A DNA stretch of 64,000 bases from Octopus bimaculoides (taxonomy: Eukaryota), in the NCBI RefSeq assembly GCF_001194135.2, contig NC_068994.1, positions 58,915,421-58,979,420 of the forward strand. Direction: 5' to 3'. Position 1 is the first letter of the stretch. Each line of letters begins with the position of its first letter. The position numbers were made by a program, and so were the translations under genes. Under the pieces are notes generated by a model. That model had not been told where the DNA came from and did not search any database. It worked only from the letters and a program-made list of their open reading frames with translations. This document shows positions 56,426-64,000 of this stretch, one piece after another.

Positions 56426-59247
56426 CTGGAAATGAAAGAACAAACACCATTAGCAATCAGAGTAAACAACAAACAGATGTATTAATTAGTTTAACGCTCG
56501 GGAAGTGAGTAAGTCTTTTATGTTTCGAGCCTACGTTCTTCCACAGAAAGGAACACAGAAATAAGCAGAGAGAGAGATCTATCTACCTATCTGATCGGAT
56601 AGCTGGAGATGAGTGTGTGTTACTGTCTCCTTTCTTTGAGATTGCCTGACAGTTGTAAGTGAGTGTCACTGTCATGCAAGTGGTGTCCTTTGTTTCCAAT
56701 ATTCTGCAAGAACATGCCTGGTCAGTGAGGAAATGTCACTATTGCTTGGAAATAGGTGAGGAGGGCTGGCAACAGGAAGTGGGCAACCAGCCATACAAAA
56801 CCAGTGTCAACAAAGTCTGTCCGACTCATGCAGCATGGGAAAGAGGACATTCAAATGGGAAGACATAATGATGAGAAACAATATCTAATGTTTTAGTAAG
56901 GTGAATGTGGAGTGAAGAAAAGAGAAGACGACACCAGCACCACCCGGCTGGAAATCAAATGATGTACTGACCTGATTTTGGTAGAACTGATTTCATTACT
57001 TAACCATTCCGTCACAATAGTTATGTTGTCCTGAAAGACAGAGACATGAGAGTGAGAGAGAGAATCAACATTATAATAATAATAATAATAATCATTATAG
57101 ACATCATTGTTATTATGATCATGATCACCACTGTCCCATTCCAAGCATGACCAACCTCACTTTTCCTCCTTCAGAAATCAATAAAATAAATTATTCTATA
57201 AAATAACATTAATTCCGCTGAGGTCGACTTTGCCGTTCATCTTTTAGGAGTCGATAAATTAAGTACCAGCTGCGTTCTGGGGTAGATCTAATCGACTGGC
57301 CCCGTCCCTAGAATGGATTGTTATTATGCAGAAGGCAGTCAGTTGGCAGAATTGTTAACAGCCTGGACAAAATGTTTGGTTCATTTCGTCAATGTTCAGG
57401 TTTCAAACTCCACCAAGGTTGACTTTGCCCTTCAGGGTCAATTAAATAAGTACCAGTTACGCACTGGGGTTGATGTAATCGACTTAATCCCATTGTCTGT
57501 CCTTGTTTGTCCCCTCTATGTTTAGCCCCTTTTGGGCAATAAAGAAATAAATATGGAAGATTTTCTCAGTTATAATGAGTAGGAAGAACTGTGCTAGTGC
57601 TATTTGAGGTTGTAATATTGATGGCAACAGCTTTTTTTTTTTATTGAATAGAAAAATACTCCTGATTGATTTTCTGGCATTTATTCAAAAAGCTCAATAA
57701 AGACTGTTTAAATATTGATATTTCTCCATTGAAATAAACGTAATTCAATACAATTCAATATATTACTATTAAATTGTATCCTGACCCAAATCTGAAGTCT
57801 ATAAATGAAAGTCACATCATAGAAAATTTGATAGTAACGCATTTCAGATAATCCTACCAAATGTATAAGTAAAATTTAAACCATGAAACACGTATATCCT
57901 TCACTGGGCTGGAATTATGTACGTAGCTCAGTCGAGCATGGATTCCATCAATTGAATTGCATCTCTTTTGATGCAAAGAGACATCTCAGCACACCAATTT
58001 ACACAAGTAAACACACACACAGAGGTGACATAGGGATTGACTAAGGAAGTTAGCAAATATGCAGTTTGGGGTTTATTCCTATTGTGTGCAGATGTCATCT
58101 CTTGTAACCTCAGGATGACCAATGTCTTGGAGGTAAAATTGGTGGACAGAGAAACACTCTCTCTCTCTCTTCATTATACATAAATTATTAACCATAGATA
58201 AAGAAAAGAGAAATGTTGATATATATATATATATATACATATATCTATCTATATGATGATGATGACACACACACAGGGTGTGATGAGTAAATTGTCACCA
58301 TTTTATATCTTTAATTTCGTGCATGCGCATCGTTTGTTTTTGATTTTGTCAACTACACAGTATAGCAGGGTCAGTTGGGCACCGTCTGTGAGAAAAACAG
58401 CACCATGATGCAATTCACTGTGTCAGAAATTTGAAAATGACACACTGTACTGCTTGACATTCGTGCCGGAAGCTCCAATATGAACATTTCAGAGTGTTTG
58501 GGTGTCAATCTGTGGACATGAACTGATAGTGATGATAAAAATCAAATCAAACATCCAGTCAACATAATGGTGTTTGGAGTGAACACTAGTGATGGTGACA
58601 TTATGCCTCCATTCATCTTCCCATACAGCCTCACACTCAACACGGATGCCTACATCAAGTGCCTGGGGGAGGTAGTGCTGTCCTGGGTCAAGAGGGTGGC
58701 TGCTGGAAGGCCCTGTGTCTGGCAACAGGACTCTGCACCATGTCACACAAGCAGGAGAACCCAGTCATGGCTGTCAGAAATTTCTGCGACCCCATCACCC
58801 CTAACTCCCCAGACTGCAACCTCCATGGTTATTATGTGTGGGTCACAGTTGAGCGAGAGACCAACAAAACTCTTTGTAACATCAAAGATGAACTGAAGGC
58901 AAGGATTATGGCAGCATTCACCAACTTAAACTAAGAGACTATCCAGAAGAGTTGCAGGAGATTCCAAAGTTGTCTGGAGGCCGTGGTTGAAGCCAATGGC
59001 GATTTTATTGAATAGATTTACTCTTTAGTCTTTCAAGATATTTTTATGTAATTTTGGTAAATATCTATCAAAATGAGATGTCAGAGTTATTTTCATTTTT
59101 GCATAATTTAGACGACAGTTTATTCACCGCAGCCTGTATATATATCATCATTTAACGTCTGTTTTCCATGCTGGCATGTGTTGGACAATTTGACAGGTGC
59201 TGGCAGGACCAAGAGCTGTACCAGGTTACTTTGTATACATATATATA

Positions 59248-59305
<58 letters not shown>

Positions 59306-61163
59306 TATATGTATGTGTGTGTATATATATATATATATGCCAGCATGGAAGCAGACGTTAAACAATGATGATGGTAATGATGATATAAATAAATATATGC
59401 ATGCATGTCTTCTCATTGTCTTGACATTGTTTGCGCACTGCAAGTAAACAATAACACAACCAATACAATGGGGTCTTTGTTTAAATCTTACCCTGAGACA
59501 TCAGATGTCGCAGCTGAAAGACAGAGGGTCAGATGTAACTATGCGTACGCATTTGTTTCTTTTAAATTTAATAAATACAACTCACCTGGTACTTAGTTAA
59601 TACATCGGATTCATAAATAAACTTGTAAGGGTCACTTCCTGCTCGGCTGATACAGACTAAACCATATTTACCAACAATTTCTTCGATCTGGAAATGGAAG
59701 AAGAATTAAAATATATGAAGCCTAAACAGAACAAAAGAAAGACTAAAAGAAACCAACTCCATTCTCGTTGCCTGAAGGAAAATAAAGAGCTGCACTTTCG
59801 CCATTTTGATCACACAGGTTTTAAGGAAAGAGGGGGGGGGGTAAATGGTTAATCCCAGTAATTAAGTGATACTTTATTCTATCAACATGTTGGTCGAAAG
59901 CAATATAGAAATCACAAACAGCAAAATACTGAAAACTTGAAGGAATTGTTGCACTTACCAACATCCTTAACCGTTTAGCGTTCAGATTTCTTTGTTCAAC
60001 GTAATCACTATTTATTCTCATTGTTTGAAATAAATCAGGCATTATCTCATAAGTTTGAGATTTCAATGATGGGATTGTTTTATTTTTAGAATAACATTGT
60101 AGGATAGGTGTGAGAAGCTGGATCTGTCTGGTCTGAACATAAAACTGGGAAAATATTTAGCTGGATGGGCAATGACTCCATTTTAGTCTGGTGCTTGTTG
60201 GTGCCGGAGAGGTTACACTGAGGTCAGTGGGAGAAGACCAGCTTCACCATAACTGCTGCCAACCTACAGCCAGTCTTCCACTATTGTCCCCAGTGTGACC
60301 TCCACAGCACCAACAAACACCAGACTGAAATGGAGTCGTTGTCCATCTGGCTATCAAAAACGGCAGGATCATCATCATCGTTTAACATCTGCTTTCCATG
60401 CTAGCATGGGTTGGACGATTTGACTGAGGACTGGTGAACCAGATGGCTACACCAGGCTCCAATTTGGCAGAGTTTCTACAGCTGGATGCCTTCCTAACAC
60501 ACACTTCTTTGTATCCTTCTGAAGATAAACCTTTGCACCCAAAACAAAGGTTTTTAAAACTTTGTGCATTGTTAAAAGCTTTCCTCATTTCATTTATTAT
60601 TCTACTTCTGTGACTACAATGCTTCAAGCTAATTACAATGCTCTTCTTCTTAATTGTAATTAATTAAAACTTCTTTGCTTATAACAAAGTATTCTACAGT
60701 TCACTTTTTAGTTGGGTAAATAATGATATCAACTCCAGTATACAACTGGTACTTAATGCCACAAATATGAGAAAGGAAGTCGATCAAAGCAAAATGTTAT
60801 GGTATTTCATCTGGCAAGAAAACAACCTGCAAGAAATAGTAGCCAAATCCCAACCAAACATTATAGTATCTTAAAATGTTGATAATGTTCTCTGAGGTAC
60901 AGTATTGCAGAGAAGACAGTATGGGCATGACTGGATTGACCTTTGACCAGACAAGGTCAATCTGTTCAATAGGAGCAAACCTATGGCTAAACAACAACAA
61001 AAAGAAAGTAAAAAAAATAATAAAACTGAAAAGGAGAGAGAAAATGAAGAATTCCATCATACATGTTCTTTTCTCCATAAGTTTGGTACTCCAAAAGATT
61101 CTAAAAGATCAGCACCACACAAGAGTTTCACCAATATTGCATTTGGATTCTGGTTTTCATCAC
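56326..61163 (-). CDS. NMNAT: Nicotinamide/nicotinate mononucleotide adenylyltransferase, 3' half (5' exons not in window or not found): complement(join(56326..56425,56972..57030,59586..59687,61063..61163))
   Basis: The spliced translation [120 protein letters not shown] carries the NMNAT motifs [16 protein letters not shown] and ISSTKIR. All junctions are GT-AG and in phase. Confidence 0.93.
56972..57030 (-). CDS. NMNAT: NMNAT exon ([19 protein letters not shown])
   Basis: TTTCAG acceptor; GTCAGT donor. Confidence 0.92.
58274..59136 (+). mobile_element. Internally deleted Tc1/mariner element of DD37D (maT)-like type, in NMNAT intron
   Basis: Degenerate TIRs CAGGGTGTGATGAGTAAATTGTC / rc CAGGCTGCGGTGAATAAACTGTC with TA on the right. 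Transposase remnants [10 protein letters not shown]...SPDCN...YYVW...ELKARI...[13 protein letters not shown]; frameshifted. Confidence 0.8.
59586..59687 (-). CDS. NMNAT: NMNAT exon ([19 protein letters not shown]...YESD)
   Basis: TTTCCAG acceptor; GTGAGT donor. Confidence 0.92.
60174..60337. repeat. MITE-like imperfect inverted repeat (about 65-bp arms) in NMNAT intron
   Basis: GACTCCATTTTAGTCTGGTGCTTGTTGGTGC... pairs with ...GCACCAACAAACACCAGACTGAAATGGAGTC. Confidence 0.8.
61063..61163 (-). CDS. NMNAT: NMNAT exon ([12 protein letters not shown])
   Basis: Poly-T tract plus TTAG acceptor; GTATGA donor. Confidence 0.92.
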
Positions 61164-64000
61164 CTAAGAAACAAAAACAAAAAAAAAAAATCAACAACAA
61201 TAATGATGATGATTATGGTGATGATGGTCTTAGATTTATTCACATTTTAGTTTAGAGGGGCTTGGACTGGACGAAAGGGGTTGTGTCCATGGCTTTGACA
61301 GGTGCCCAGATATCGCTAATATTCCTCTACCTGAGCAGCAAGGGAATTCCAGAGGAAGGAAGGATTCAGAAAAGTGCTTTGCGTGGAACCTGGTCAGGTA
61401 GGATAAGGGTAGACAAGATACAGGAATGAGAAGAAGAGAAATGAATAAGTTGTGAGGGTTTGACTATGGGTAGCATCAGAGCAACTAACTCGAAAGGGGC
61501 CAGAATAGAGGTAGTAGAAAAGAAACAGACAATGTTTGTGAGCCAGAGACAGGAGAGCGTTTATGGAAGGTGAGACAACTCATCTGTGGCCAACCAGAGG
61601 TTGGAGTGCGTTGACCAACTTGCTCTGTGCCAATCAGTCTTTTCTTCTATGTGTAACAACTGCATCGTCCTGGATGTAGAAGCCATATGCTGTTCTGGGT
61701 TTCACCTGAGCATTCTAATGGATTAGTAATCATTGCAAGAGAATGGTCATCTCTAGTGTCAAGAAAGAAATAAACATCATTATGAATTCAGAATTGTCAG
61801 CAAATAAGACAACGTTCAGCATTTGGCTGTTGGTCAAAAATGCTAGCTGGACATGTAGGACAATAAAAATTCTACATGTCAGATATTGGTTCCATCCTAA
61901 TCAAGCAGAATATCACCAATGCCAAAAAATGGTTTCTCTTTTGACTAAAAAATATTTAAATATAAAACAATTTCTTAGGCAGCAGAAATTTATAAGGGAC
62001 AGAGTTAATTTGTCGTTACTCCCCCTCAGCAGATCAATTCAATATTAGGGTTGACGTAATCAATATTACAGTGGGGGAGGGGGGGTCACAGTTCAATGAG
62101 TAAAAATAATGGTCAATAGAAATGATCCAAGTGTATGACTGGTACTTGCTCCAAGTAAAATGGTAAAGGGGTAAATGGTTAAATCAACTCTAACAGAGAG
62201 AATTAAATACAATAAAACCGGTTTCAAATCTTGGCACAAGACCAGCTGCTTTGGGGGGGGGGAGTTGGTTGACTGGTATTTATTGACCCTGAAAGGAAAA
62301 AAGGCAAAGTCAGCCTTGGCAGAATTTGAACTCAGAACCTAAAGACACGAAATACTGCAAAGCATTTTGCCCAGCATGCTAACAATTCTGCCATTTTTTT
62401 GATTTCATGATAATAATAATTATAATAATATTACAACCAGCACAACAACCACAACCAGCAGCACTATCGCCAACACCATGAAACCCAACATTCAATGAAT
62501 GAACCTCTTTGCAGTCACATGACCTACTAGAATAGTAGGTCATGTGACAACCAAACTACTCAGTATAATGAAAGGAAAGATATAATTGATAATGTACTCC
62601 TAGATACACAATACCTTGGAAATGAAGATAGGATGGCCATGGTTGGAGCATCTTGGTCATAGATCTGCTAAATCAGAACAGGGCCTGAAACAACACCAGC
62701 ACCATGGTGCTGGAGATGATCAAGCAATCAACACCACCACCAATGCCATAACCACTTCCATACACACATTACCATTAAAGTGTTTATGAATAAATGTACC
62801 GATATGGTTGGTCTCTGTGCTATTCAATCTGTTACTGTGGTAGGCCAACACATGACGAGTCTCAGTCCAGCAGTTCAGGTCACTCTCCCACCGATCTAAT
62901 CTACAAAGTAAATAACAAATTAAGTGAAGCTCTAATGAAGCAATGTTTTAGACATGCAAACAGATTCCAAACAGAATTTTGGGGATTTTTATTTGTTTCT
63001 ATCATTAGACTGTGGCCATGCTGGGGCACCACAATAAAGAATTTTTTTTAGTCAAACAAATCAGCTCCAAAATTTATTTTTTTAAGCCTATCGATCTCTT
63101 TTTGATGAACCACTAGTTTACAAGGACATAAACACACCAACACCGGTTGTCAAGCAGGGAGGAGAAGGGACAAGCACAGACAAAGGTACACGGATATATG
63201 ACGGGTTTCTTTCAGTTTCCATCTACCAAATCCTCTCCCAAAGCTTTGGTCGGCCTGAGGCTATAGCAGAAGACACTTGCCTAAGGTACCATGCAGTGAG
63301 ACTGAACCTGGAACCATGTGGTTGGGAAGCATTCCTCAACCAAACTTGCCTCAGACAATCCTCAGAGCTAACTTTTCCACAAAACTTTCAAATCTCAAAT
63401 CAATTCCAGTTGAAACTATTTTGGCAACTCAGGAAGAATTGCAACATTGAACAACAATCAGGACAACAACATCTCTTGGATTCATATTTAACAGCACAGA
63501 CTTTTGCCCTCAAAACGAAAACTCAAGCTATCATTCCATGGAACTAGTAGAGAAGATTCAAGAATTTGTACAAGGGACCAAACTTTCTCTGAAGTTCCTT
63601 GCTTACCAATATCAAACAGTTTTTGCCAGATCTACAACTACAATAAACAAAGTCAAGATCTCGTGTTGTCTCTTACATTTCTCGAAAAGTTGTTTTTAAT
63701 AAAGAATATGTTTCTTGGGCTTAAGTGGCGGTTGCACCGTAACTCTGTTCTGATGTTCCTTTTATTGACTAAAAATCAGTCTTTTGAACATGTCCCTCAC
63801 CATGAGCTTCCATAGTGATGGACAGTGGGGTGGGCAGTTCCATTACTGTTGGAACAAACAGATTTCTCTCCCTTGTTCTTGGAACTGGTGACTAAATTAG
63901 CATCTTTTACGTGTTGTTCCTGATTGTCAGATAACTATCTTCCATTTGCTTATTTCATGTCCAATGGGTTGGAGAAAACGTTATTTGAAGCAGGATTTTA

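Noticed and set aside
59146-59375. Novel hairpin RNA
   Set aside because: Two head-to-head SINE/RTE tail fragments around a (TA)n/(TG)n microsatellite, a common arrangement in this window.
63798-64000. Further upstream NMNAT exon (donor-like CATG|GTGAGG on the minus strand)
   Set aside because: The more protein-like frame is out of phase with the 61163 exon, and no NMNAT motif is visible.

Overview
AT-rich, gap-ridden animal genomic DNA. The microsatellites, the tRNA-derived SINEs with octopus-like tails and the LINE/mariner debris point to a coleoid cephalopod, probably Octopus (inferred from repeat content). I reconstructed three host genes by hand from splice signals and frame continuity. 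(1) glass (gl), a five-C2H2-finger transcription factor on +, CDS join(5265..5470,6866..8087), 475 aa. (2) WDR6/Trm734 on +, 24 coding exons from 25352 to 49420, 1206 aa, with two U12-type (minor spliceosome) introns. (3) The 3' half of NMNAT on -, four exons from 61163 to about 56326, convergent with WDR6; its 5' exons are outside the window or unrecognised. The rest is TE debris (R4/Dong, RTE, CR1, Hero, Tx1-like, mariner, DD37D/maT), SINEs, foldback elements, simple repeats and N gaps. The most interesting signals cluster at glass: a candidate spliced uORF whose stop overlaps the glass ATGATG start; a tRNA-promoter element with two inverted minimal hammerhead ribozyme motifs in the coding intron; and three Glass-type GAARCC sites 8 kb downstream. 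Also notable are the two U12 introns in WDR6 and an NMNAT stop codon embedded in a splice donor, which suggests alternative C-termini. All calls come from reading the sequence; no searches were run.
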